Source of the DNA: Macrostomum lignano
Taxonomy: Eukaryota
Direction: 5' to 3'
Assembly: GCA_002269645.1 (NCBI GenBank)
Contig: NIVC01003485.1
Coordinates: 1 to 24,158 of the forward strand
DNA length: 24,158 bases
Made by a program: the position numbers and the translations under genes. Each line of letters begins with the position of its first letter. Position 1 is the stretch's first letter. Of the stretch, positions 12,950-21,978 are shown in pieces. Under the pieces are notes generated by a model. The model had not been told where the DNA came from. It saw nothing but the letters and a program-made list of their open reading frames with translations, and ran no database searches.

Positions 12950-13258
12950 ATGCTTTCAGAACAAGCCGCAGAGACAGAAATGCTCCAACAGCACAAGCAA
13001 AAAGACGCAAAAAGTGCTGAAGGACTTGCAACGTCCAATCTGCGCAGAGGCGCCAGTCTATCACTGTCAAGCCTCGACGAAAGACTGTTTCTAGGCCTGG
13101 AGGATGACATGAGCTCGCTTGGAGACACATTCCAGCACAACCAAGCCTTCATCAGCGATGCTCAGTCAGCGTCTGACGCGGAAGAAGCATCTGACAGTCA
13201 GTTTCTGCAGAAGGTGGCCGACATCAATGCTCAAATGGCTGCTCAACTAGTGGCCTAG
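12950..13258 (+). CDS. Candidate coding exon or gene fragment, unknown product (acidic, low complexity)
   Basis: 102-aa ORF with protein-like composition (…SLSSLDERLFLGLEDDMSS…). No recognisable domain. It is not in frame with the next ORF, and the start is uncertain because exon boundaries are unknown. Confidence 0.4.
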   Translation: MLSEQAAETEMLQQHKQKDAKSAEGLATSNLRRGASLSLSSLDERLFLGLEDDMSSLGDTFQHNQAFISDAQSASDAEEASDSQFLQKVADINAQMAAQLVA

Positions 13259-13322
13259 CCCGCAAGGAGTCCATGGGATTAGGACGAGCGTATCAACAGG
13301 GCCCTCTGAAGCTACAAAATCA

Positions 13323-14780
13323 GTGAGTAAGATTTCCAATAAAAAACCGGAGCAGCCCAACGACATCTCTGCAACTGCTGTCAGCAGAACGCTAGCTTCC
13401 AAGAACTTTAAAAAGATCGATTCTACACAGCAATCATCGCAGAAACTTTACCAACAAGCTAAGACAAGACACCGACGACAGACAAAGCGTCGAACGTATC
13501 GACGACTGACGCTAGACCTTCTGACTTCAGACGAAGAGGCGAACGAGTTCGTCGAGGAGCGCAGCAGCCCCTACTTGGAGCCGTTGACGCGACGAAACCG
13601 TCAGGCCAAGGAGCCGGAGCGCAGGTCGTCTTTCGAGACCCTATACGGCGACGAGTTTTGGTCGGCAGTCTCGGTAGAAAAAACCAGTCAGTGCGAGTGC
13701 AGTTGCCATGACAACGAATCAGGTCAGGCACTTTGCGAACAGCAGAATTCAAGCTCCCCTATTGGCTGCAAACAACCAGACAAGAAAAGTACTTGCAGCA
13801 CAGAGCCTGCTGGGGCGGAAAACTCCAGTGAACAGAATAATGCTGCAGCAGTGGCTATGAATGAAAGCTCAGCTAGCAGTCACCCAGTGGAACGACCCAG
13901 ACCAGCAGAATTGGTAGCCAAAAAAATGGCTGGCAGCCAAGCAGCAAATAACTCGGCCACTTCCACTTCCACTGGAGCGGCATCGAGCTATCGAACGAAT
14001 CCTAGGCGTGTTGTTTCTATGCGACGGCAGGACCAGGAGCAGCACAAGCTTCCGGAGCGTCATTCAGCCGGTGTCAGGTTTTCTGTACCCACAGCCATGG
14101 AGCCTTGCCAGAAGAAAGATTCTCTGGACCATCAACACAATGGCCATCAGACGTCGCCACCGCCGCTGCCGCCGAGAATGCGTCGAGCCGCCGTCCGCTT
14201 CAGAGCCGGCAGTTTCTCGCAGGGTCTGACTGACCTGCAGCTGCAACAGCAGCAGCTGAATCAATCGTCGAGGCTTGAGATTGGCGTCTTACTGCGCGGC
14301 CCGCCGTCCAGTTTGAGTCGTCAGTCGTCCGAAGAGCTCGTGGTGACGAATCTTCGCCGAGTAGATAGTCGAGACCCGGTGTCGCAGCTGGAGTTCATGT
14401 GCCGCGCTATGCGACTCGACGACGCCGATCTCATGGAGGGGGCGGCCAGGCGGGACCGCCTGGGACCGATGCCACCGCAACAGCAACAGCAGCATCAGCC
14501 GATTCGAAGGTGGAGCACCAGCAGCTATAAGCAATACTGGCGACAGACTCAGAGACCGGACCGGATCCGAGACGATCAGGCCAGACGACGCCTGGTCTGC
14601 GGGCCGGCGACTGCAGCTGAACAGCAGCAGCAGCGCCAGCAGCAGCGGCAACTGCCAAACTTTATGGGCCGGGCGTCCGACGGCGACAGAGCGCGTCTTC
14701 AAGGTTGGTGGCGGGTGTCAAGGAAACGGTCGAGCATGCGGCCTCCAATCGGTCAGCCGTCCGAGAAAGCGACCAGTTAA
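13323..14780 (+). CDS. Large coding-like exon, 485 aa, Ser/Arg/Gln-rich and probably intrinsically disordered, unknown product
   Basis: The longest non-repeat ORF in the window; the frame is open from 13251. It has CAG/CAA polyQ runs and several RRxS-type motifs (RRSS, RRWS). No recognised domain. The GTG start in the track is unlikely to be the true start. Confidence 0.6.
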   Translation: MSKISNKKPEQPNDISATAVSRTLASKNFKKIDSTQQSSQKLYQQAKTRHRRQTKRRTYRRLTLDLLTSDEEANEFVEERSSPYLEPLTRRNRQAKEPERRSSFETLYGDEFWSAVSVEKTSQCECSCHDNESGQALCEQQNSSSPIGCKQPDKKSTCSTEPAGAENSSEQNNAAAVAMNESSASSHPVERPRPAELVAKKMAGSQAANNSATSTSTGAASSYRTNPRRVVSMRRQDQEQHKLPERHSAGVRFSVPTAMEPCQKKDSLDHQHNGHQTSPPPLPPRMRRAAVRFRAGSFSQGLTDLQLQQQQLNQSSRLEIGVLLRGPPSSLSRQSSEELVVTNLRRVDSRDPVSQLEFMCRAMRLDDADLMEGAARRDRLGPMPPQQQQQHQPIRRWSTSSYKQYWRQTQRPDRIRDDQARRRLVCGPATAAEQQQQRQQQRQLPNFMGRASDGDRARLQGWWRVSRKRSSMRPPIGQPSEKATS

Positions 14781-15990
14781 AGATGATCTTCATTTCTTAC
14801 TATAGTTATCGTTCACAGTTGATCTTTCTGTCTTGCCTTTGTCCGCAGTTATTAGATGTCTTCATAGTTTATCATCTGCAAGCTATATTGCACTATTTTA
14901 CGAGTAATTCAAGCGTTCATCAAAAATAATTTCAGCTGTCAGCGGTACTACCTGTCAAAGGTATGAACTCAATCTCTAAGAAAGAAAACTCCTTGCTTGT
15001 ATTTCTTTCTGCAGTTATCGGTCTTCCTTCACTCCTAACTATACATTATGTGGTGGTTTGGTTCTTTGTTTGACTTGCTGCCTTGACTTTTGGTTTGTTG
15101 CGTACAACATGGAGGCACTACTAATATAGAAATTTAACATCCAATGCATGATAGCTTCACACCCAACAGCATGGAAACGAGAATGCCATTTGCGGTACTT
15201 TTTAGCATTTCAGCCACCGTTAGCAGCCGACTCAGCGGAGCAGTTTTGAAACAGAAAACCGTTGACGGGACTGTTGCTATTTGATTTTAAGACTACTGGC
15301 TTGCTTTTAAACTTTAAAGGAAGGAACTTCAAGTTTAATACTTTGAAACGGTTTATAGGTCCACTAAAACAACAGTCCTTCTGTTTGCGCTTGAGATCAA
15401 TAACCCCACTCCCCTGAGACCACAAACTAAATTTTACACAGCTTACCTACACTAAAGTCACAATACTTGCACGTTGCCGGAGAAATGCGTTTGTTTTAAA
15501 CAAAAAATAAACTCTGTTAGTGGGAATGCTGTTAAAAACCGTATAACCGCATGGTGCTTGAGTTTTGCGTGAATGATGTCTACTCACAATACTCTACTCA
15601 AAGTATGAACGTTTAATTTGATTTACTTTTTCATTTTGATGCCTGCATAGGGCCAACTATTTTAAATATTTCGATTTTTATTGAGACATTTGTAGACGAA
15701 AGTCATTCCAAACTAGGAAAAAGAAATATGTGACTTTGGGATAAGAAAAAAAGGCAACCATGGTTAGCATTTGGGAATATTGGAAATAAGGATCGATAAC
15801 AAGACGTATTAAGTCTTTTGATTGAAATACTCAAGTATCTGCTCAAGAAAAAAACTAAGAGTTTAGTTTGTACTTCTTCTAATTTGCATCATACGTGATC
15901 AGGAAGTCACAAAAGTGAGTTAATCGATTTTTCTATGCCGAAATTTCCTTCACTGTTTTTAGTAAACTTTAGTCGTTTTTTTCTAAACAG

Positions 15991-16639
15991 TCCAGAATTT
16001 CTCGTGTTACCACTTTATCTAAAAATAGAACAACGTTCAGCTTCACAGATTTTGAAGCCGTCTAATCTTAAACCGACTCAACAGGTCGCAACGACCTATC
16101 AGTACCAGTCAACCAAGCTGATTTTGTCCAACCTGGCTGATCAAGAAGACAACGAGGCCGAGTCAAAAAATGATAAATACTTGTCCAGTGCAAGCAAGAC
16201 TACTCGTCGAGGTCGTCAACTCCAACAATACCGTCGCACTCGATGGCGCTGGCTGCCAACAGGATCGATTTCTGCGGACGTCCCCGACGTCCTTGAAGAC
16301 GACGACTCAGCGTCGACTTCCGAGGCTGACGATGGAAGCGCGGAGTCTTGCACGGACAAGAATGGCTGGTCCAGCTGCAGCGAAAGCTCCTCCTCGCAAG
16401 GTAGCGTATGCTCAGATGTGCTTAAAATAATGCACGAAATACTGTTTTCTGATAAATTGCCAGTTGTTAATTGGGCTTTGAGCTCTGCCAGGATTCAAAG
16501 TAGCACTCAACCCGGAGTCAGTGAGAAGGCAAGCAGTCCTTCCCATGTCACTGCCCCTGAGCAAACATGCGTACACAGACAAGTGCGCAGGCACACACTC
16601 ACACAGCGTGTACAGCAGCAAAGACTTTCTCATCGATAG
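15991..16639 (+). CDS. Candidate exon, acidic and Ser-rich, unknown product
   Basis: Part of the 234-aa ORF 15935-16639. A pyrimidine tract plus AG (GTTTTTTTCTAAACAG, ending 15990) is a plausible splice acceptor. The frame continues past TAG with further stops. Confidence 0.4.
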
Positions 16640-16911
16640 GCTGTTGTACTATCTCTTTCTCTGCGTGTACATAAGGAGTAGGCAGTCATCATGGAAATGA
16701 ATCGCACGACAAACCCAAAGCCATTTTCTGTGCAGGAGCTACCAAGACGGTCGACCGTTTTCCGCTAAGCTACTCAACCCCTAATAGAAGAGTGGAAAAT
16801 GAGACTATTTGTTTCTTAATGTCGATCATGGCCTAACGTTGCCATAAGTTGCGTCATTTCCTATTGCTTCCCCCCCGAAAAACTAAAATTGTATAATCGA
16901 TAAAACAATGT

Positions 16912-17421
16912 TTGATTACATTCAAGCACAAATTTGAACACGATGCCATTCGCAGATGCGCCGCAGCCGTTTCGCTTTCCATAGTCAGCCGTCACAACAG
17001 GTCAGAAAGCACTGGAAACGAGCTGAGCCGTGACGAAGTCCCATCGTCGATGTCTTCCCTACTGCGCAAAGCCGCCTCAATGACTGACGTGGATCGAAGT
17101 TGCGTCAGGCGCCACAGCAGCCACTTGGCAATGGTGCTCGCGCCGCCTGCAACTCGACGACACTTGCAACAACAACAACAGCAGCAGCAACCAAAACCAC
17201 CACAACAACAGAAACAACAGCCTGCTCGATTTTGGAAGACTTTAGAAGTTCGATATGGTTCCGAGTCGGAGCTCAGCAAACTGCCACAAGCCGCTGCTTC
17301 GTCTGCGCAGGCTACAAGCGCTGTTGGGACGCCCGCTCGTTGCAAGAGCTCCTATTTTGTGCATATCAGACCCAGCTGCAATTGGAGAAGCCAGCCCACT
17401 TTGCTAGAAGAAGCCGAGTAA
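16912..17421 (+). CDS. Candidate exon with polyQ tract, unknown product
   Basis: 169-aa ORF similar in style to 13323-14780 (RKAAS, RRHSS, QQQQQQQQPKPPQQQ). No domain recognised. Confidence 0.45.
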   Translation: MITFKHKFEHDAIRRCAAAVSLSIVSRHNRSESTGNELSRDEVPSSMSSLLRKAASMTDVDRSCVRRHSSHLAMVLAPPATRRHLQQQQQQQQPKPPQQQKQQPARFWKTLEVRYGSESELSKLPQAAASSAQATSAVGTPARCKSSYFVHIRPSCNWRSQPTLLEEAE

Positions 17422-17428
17422 CTGACGA

Positions 17429-17502
17429 ACTGACTGACTGACTGACTGACTGACTGACTGACTGACTGACTGACTGACTGACTGACTGACTGACTGACTG
17501 AC
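17429..17502. repeat. (ACTG)n tetranucleotide microsatellite, about 18 units
   Basis: Perfect ACTG run seen directly. Confidence 0.98.
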
Positions 17503-17800
17503 ACTCGTTCACTAACTAAACTCTAAAGTTTTAAAGTTTCACATTCGCTGTCGCAAATTTTCGCAAATCCACAATTCAATAAAACGCACTTGAAATTATT
17601 CCATTCAATAATCGCGATACTTTGGAGTGAGTGTTTTTAACCGCATATGGCAGTGCGTTTAGCAATATTTTTGTTACGATTTACGAGAAGGTACATCATC
17701 ATGCCTTCGAGGAATATGCTTGTAAAATTCTAAGAGCCGAAGCTGGTCCATGGAAAATAATTGGCCTGGAGAATTGGTTGTCAACGTGAAGACAAAAAGT

Positions 17801-17875
17801 GACGGGGCGTAGCCTAGTCGTCTAGCGCGGCTCTCTTGTGTCCCAGCGACCCAGGCTCGATTCCAAGTGCAGTCA
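17801..17875 (+). pseudogene. Degenerate tRNA-like sequence (tRNA pseudogene or tRNA-derived SINE head)
   Basis: 75 nt long. A-box-like TAGCCTAGTCG (17810-17820) and B-box-like GGCTCGATTCC (17854-17864) lie at tRNA spacing. Ends GAC…GTC+A partly pair. The anticodon loop is TTGTGTC-like (His-GTG-like but ambiguous). Stems are damaged and there is no T-run terminator. Confidence 0.5.
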
Positions 17876-17880
17876 CATTA

Positions 17881-18103
17881 ATGAGCAAAAGCCCGAATCC
17901 AGCGATGGGGTCACAGGCCCCCGTGATTCCGATATCGCCAATGAGACCAAGAGCCGCTGTTATGACTGCAAGTACCAGTCGGTTCAGGCTTCCTGGGCTT
18001 TAAATCCTCCGTCTCGATCTAGCAGTAGATTCTATAGACGAGTTTGACGCATGACAAGCGACCATCGAGGCCTATTTGGAGGCAATGGGCGTCCACAATC
18101 AAC
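17881..18103 (+). mobile_element. Probable N-terminal gag fragment of a Ty3/gypsy element, with two in-frame stops
   Basis: My translation from ATG 17881: MSKSPNPAMGSQAPVIPISPMRPRAAVMTASTSRFRLPGL*ILRLDLAVDSIDEFDA*QATIEAYLEAMGVHNQ. The LDL..D...F.AW…Y….G pattern resembles gag N-termini of invertebrate gypsy elements as I recall them; not verified by search. Confidence 0.4.
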
Positions 18104-19204
18104 CAGGAACTTTTTGTTGGCGTGTTCGCAGAAATCTGCTTATATGCGCTGAAAACAATGTTCTGGTGGATTTAATGTGCTCATGGGCTCCTTAACTTGG
18201 GATGGGAGGTGTTCCTGGAACGACTTACATTGTCTTATAGCGCTCTCAATGTCTCGATCGAGGCCTGGCCAGTGCAAGGCCTCTGTTTTGTCTTGGTAAG
18301 CCCTCGGTGTGTAAGAACCTGCTTTCACATGGCTCATGGAACGCTGCATCAACTTCAGCAGCAGAGGATGATCCCGTCTTCGACGGTAATCTCTTCACGC
18401 ACAATCCAGAATGGGCGCACATTGTTGGGCATATTGGTCTTGTCGTTCGGAAATCCGTCTGTATTGTGCTGCTTTAGGTCCTGCAGATCCTGAACAACAG
18501 TCGTGCTTTCTTGCACTCAACACAAGCTAGGGTCCAGTTTTGCATTTGGTAGCATCAAGGGTCGGTTGGATCGGGAGTGATTCTCAGGGGTCGGTTGGAT
18601 CGGGAGTGATTCTTAAGGGTCGGGTGGATCAGGAGTGATTTTCTTGGTAGCATGAGTTGGTGTGACAGGTGAAAGTCTGCTGATTCTGCTAGCTCGTCCT
18701 GTTGAGTCGGGTAGTCTACAGGTGCATTATCCTTGCCTTTAACCCATCTTGCATGGCGTTCCAGTTTAGCTCTCAAGCGCTGGATTCTGGGGATCTCGAT
18801 CAGGTCCAGCTGGTAGCTGTTCAGAATCGAACTAGGGGCTTGTGGTCAGTAACGATGTCGAACTCAGACAGACCTTCTAGGAAAAGCCTACACTTCTGTG
18901 TCGCCCAGACCACGGCCAACAATTCTAGCTTAATCATTGCGGATCTAAATTCGGTACCAGTAGAGATGAACCTGGATCCCGCCTTGTCGTAGGCAAGGGT
19001 AGACGTGTTTGCGAGGTGGCTGCGGGCCTTTTCAAAAGCATCTTGCCGTTCTTGTCCCACTGAAACATATTCTTTTTTTGATAGCAGCGGTCCTAGCGGG
19101 CCTGTTACCTCCACAACTTCTGGAGTAAATTTTCCAACTTGGTTAACAAGACCAAAGAATGCTCGAAGATTCGTTATATTTTTAGGTTTTAAAAATTCTG
19201 TGAG
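18100..19204 (-). mobile_element. Decayed Ty3/gypsy pol fragment: RT connection, RNase H, linker, integrase zinc-finger and start of integrase core
   Basis: Read across frameshifts on the - strand: FLKPKNITNLRAFFGLVNQ; GSRFIS…LELLAVVWATQKCRLFLEGLSEFDIVTDHKPLV; ILNSYQLDLIEIPRIQRLRAKL…WVKGKDN; DLQDLKQHNTDGFPNDK…VRPFWIVREEITVEDGIIL; WPGLDRDIESAIRQCKSFQEHLPSQVKEP; CFQRI*ADFCEHANKKFLV. The RNase H N-terminal TDAS segment is deleted, and there are several stops and frameshifts. Confidence 0.93.
18546..18653. repeat. Three 29-bp minisatellite units (18556-18643) flanked by a 10-bp direct repeat TTGGTAGCAT, inserted in gypsy pol
   Basis: TTGGTAGCAT at 18546-18555 and 18644-18653. The insert is CAAGGGTCGGTTGGATCGGGAGTGATTCT plus two variant units plus 1 nt. 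Confidence 0.92.
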
Positions 19205-19230
19205 TGAAAATTTAGGAAATAGCAAAAATC

Positions 19231-19274
19231 AATGGTCCGTGAATCCCCATTGAATGGTCCGTGAATGGCCATTG
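19231..19274. repeat. 22-bp tandem duplication near the boundary of the pol fragment
   Basis: AATGGTCCGTGAATCCCCATTG followed by AATGGTCCGTGAATGGCCATTG. Confidence 0.85.
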
Positions 19275-19559
19275 ATCTTTGATGAGAAGCTGGAAATCAT
19301 CTTTGTTTGAAAATTTGTCTATGGCCCGTCCTAAATAATTCGACTTTCTTGCGATTGAGTTCTTTCTTTCATGCATGATCACTTCTACAAATGTAAATAT
19401 AAACTTAGCACTGGACCTTGGCTTTTTAAAATTGCTGGCATATTTTAACACCATCATGCGCAGTGTCTATGAAATAAACCAAGCGGTATCGCCCCCAATC
19501 TTGAGCCCGTCGAAAAAGGATTACTTTATCCATGGCCTGGGTCAAATTTCTAGTCCAAA

Positions 19560-20093
19560 ATGTCATTTCTAGCCGAAAACTATGAATATTACGTGTATTC
19601 TCAGTTTCTTAACTGCGCCAACAATAATCAGTGCGACGAATCAAGAGACAAGGACAGCGTCGACGAAAATGTCAGCAATCAACCTGCTGCATCTCATACA
19701 GCTGTCGATAAACTGGTGGAGCATCAAGAACTTGAACGAAGGTCGACTCTGTTAAATCAACTAGCGGAAGAGCAGGTGCACCATGATCAGAAGTCCGAGG
19801 ACAAGAGGTACACCGATGTCTACGAAAACAGCATCGATGTGCAGAAAGTGTTTAATGACGACCCGTCACTGCATCAGGATATCATCAACTATCTAGGAAG
19901 CCGGCCGATGAAGGAGAAAATTATCATGTCTAAATCTCGATTGGTGCCTCCCTGGGAGGTGCAGTTTTTTACTATTCTGTCTTTCTGGTTAATTAACTGC
20001 GGAATTTGCTGCATTGTGTGCGCCATTGTTGGCGTGACAACCACACGTAAGTGTAACGGCTTAGTCGCTTTGATTGGCAGAGATTTTTGCTGA
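19560..20093 (+). CDS. Candidate exon(s): charged N-terminal part followed by a hydrophobic, transmembrane-like segment
   Basis: 177-aa ORF ending in FFTILSFWLINCGICCIVCAIVGVTT. There is a possible acceptor (TATTCTCAG, ~19603) and a GTAAGT donor at ~20047. No family recognised. Confidence 0.35.
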   Translation: MSFLAENYEYYVYSQFLNCANNNQCDESRDKDSVDENVSNQPAASHTAVDKLVEHQELERRSTLLNQLAEEQVHHDQKSEDKRYTDVYENSIDVQKVFNDDPSLHQDIINYLGSRPMKEKIIMSKSRLVPPWEVQFFTILSFWLINCGICCIVCAIVGVTTTRKCNGLVALIGRDFC

Positions 20094-20118
20094 GCTACTC
20101 GTAACGATGATAACCGGG

Positions 20119-20811
20119 CCACTCCGAATCGTCACTTTACCCCTCGGAATGGTCACTCTACCACTCAGAATGGTCACTCTACCACTCAGAATAGTCACTT
20201 TACCCCCTCGGAATGGTCACTCTACCACTCAGAATGGTCACTTTACCCCCTCAGAATGGTCACTCTACCACTCAGAATGGTCACTCTACCACTCAGAATG
20301 GTCACTCTACCACTCAGAATGGTCACTTTACCCACTCAGAATGGTCACTCTACCACTCAGAATGGTCACTTTACCCCCTCGGAATGGTCACTCTACCACT
20401 CAGAATGGTCACTCTACCACTCAGAATGGTCACTCTACCACTCAGAATGGTCACTCTACCACTCAGAATGGTCACTTTACCCCCTCAGAATGGTCACTCT
20501 ACCACTCAGAATGGTCACTCTACACTCAGAATGGTCACTCTACCACTCAGAATGGTCACTTTACCCACTCAGAATGGTCACTCTACCACTCAGAATGGTC
20601 ACTTTACCCCCTCGGAATGGTCACTCTACCACTCAGAATGGTCACTCTACCACTCAGAATGGTCACTTTACCCCCTCGGAATGGTCACTCTACCACTCAG
20701 AATGGTCACTTTACCACTCAGAATGGTCACTCTACCACTCAGAATGGTCACTTTATCACTCAGAATGGTCACTTTACCACTCAGAATTATCACTTCACCA
20801 CACAGAATGGT
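20119..20811. repeat. Minisatellite of 21-bp (GGTCACTCTACCACTCAGAAT) and 22-bp (GGTCACTTTACCCCCTCGGAAT) units, about 33 copies
   Basis: Units read directly, with degenerate copies at both ends. Produces the MVTLPLR, QNGHSTT and SEWSLYH pseudo-ORFs. Confidence 0.97.
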
Positions 20812-21234
20812 AAAGTACTCACTTTACGAGTTCCTGAGGGTCCCCTTACTTCCTCTTCCTCTTCCTATTGTGCTCACATCACAATATATTAGATTTCTGA
20901 ACTTGAACGCCTCAAACTTGGCTGCAGGGTTCGAGTTCACAAAGGAACTGAAGCTCGGTGAAAATAGCAGCACAAAGATGTCGTTGGCTGTCATCTGTTC
21001 ATCGGGTTCGTCCTAATTGTGCTCAACTTCATCATTACCAGCTCCTTTCTGCTCATCTACAGCTGCTCATCGAAAAAGGATGAACAAGAGAAATTTGATT
21101 AAAGAGGCTTGTACTCTGTTTTTAGATTAGTTCATTGATTCATTCTGGCTGTTTGTTGTGCAAGTTCAAAATAAAAAGTCTGTCTATTTTCGCGTCATTG
21201 TCGCTCCCATTGTTTCTACTGGAACGGAAAACCT

Positions 21235-21330
21235 AAACGTAAACTGAGAGGCATCGGTTGAGCCGTTTTTGCTCAACCGATCACATATCCACATATGTAC
21301 CTACCGACAGACCATTTTTAGTATATAGGA
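21235..21330 (-). mobile_element. Probable 5' end of a non-autonomous Helitron-like element, containing a perfect 11-bp hairpin
   Basis: The - strand reads A|TCCTATATACTAAAAATGGTCTGTCGG…GCAAAAACGGCTCAACCGAT. It has a 5'-TC start after an A and resembles Lep1-type Helitron 5' ends as I recall them. Hairpin: ATCGGTTGAGC (21253-21263)/GCTCAACCGAT (21271-21281). No CTRR 3' end found. Confidence 0.45.
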
Positions 21331-21377
21331 TTGTAAATGGTTCACCGAGGGTATCAGAAGGAGTGCAATGGAAACGG

Positions 21378-21681
21378 GGATCGGGAGTGATTCTTTGGGG
21401 TCGGTTGGATTGGGAGTGATTCTCAGAGGCTGGTTGGATCGGGAGTGATTCTCAAAGGCTCGTTGGATCGGGAGTGATTCTCAGAGGCTGGTTGGATCGG
21501 GAGTGATTCTCAAAGGCTCGTTGGATCGGGAGTGATTCTCAAGGGTCGGTTGGATCGGGAGTGATTCTCAGAGGCTGTTTAGATCGGGAGTGATTCTCAA
21601 GGGTTGGTAAATCTGAAATTATTCTTAGGAATTGGTAGATTAGGTGTGATTCTCAGCGGCAGGCCTATGAGAGGTGATTAT
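21378..21681. repeat. 29-bp minisatellite GGTTGGATCGGGAGTGATTCTCA(G/A)AGGCT, about 7 intact units plus degenerate units
   Basis: One partial unit, about 7 good units and about 3 progressively degenerate units to the right. Same family as the insert at 18556-18643. Confidence 0.95.
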
Positions 21682-21978
21682 CATTGAGGATAATGAAGAA
21701 CGATGGGTATGGTGGGGTGGACGCAAATTGATTTTCTTGGGAATTCTAAAATCAGTTGAATTTAGCTGAGGCATTGCATGGCTTCGTAGTGACGTTGAAA
21801 ATATATTTTGAGCAGTTCAGCAAAGAATAAACGCAGAAAAACAGTTTAAGTTGATGCGTTCTAAATTCAGAATTTAACAATCAAAAAAACAATGGAAGCT
21901 TTGGCTTAGCATATTTGAGATGCATTTCAATAAAAATACATTGAATGAACGTTGTTGGCTCCTATCCATAATTCTTGC

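Noticed and set aside
13459-14702. Antisense and alternate-frame ORFs overlapping the 485-aa ORF
   Set aside because: Shadow ORFs of GC-rich, CAG-rich sequence; the + strand long frame is the better explanation.
17672-17800. TGTTACGAT as a possible LTR start upstream of the gag-like frame
   Set aside because: No second copy, no clear CA end and no TGG-type primer-binding site were found.
13250-18520. Stop-codon reassignment (TAA/TAG read as Gln) as an explanation for the in-frame stops
   Set aside because: The 485-aa Gln-rich ORF uses only CAA/CAG, and the stops co-occur with TGA stops, frameshifts and deletions. Decay or sequencing error explains them better.
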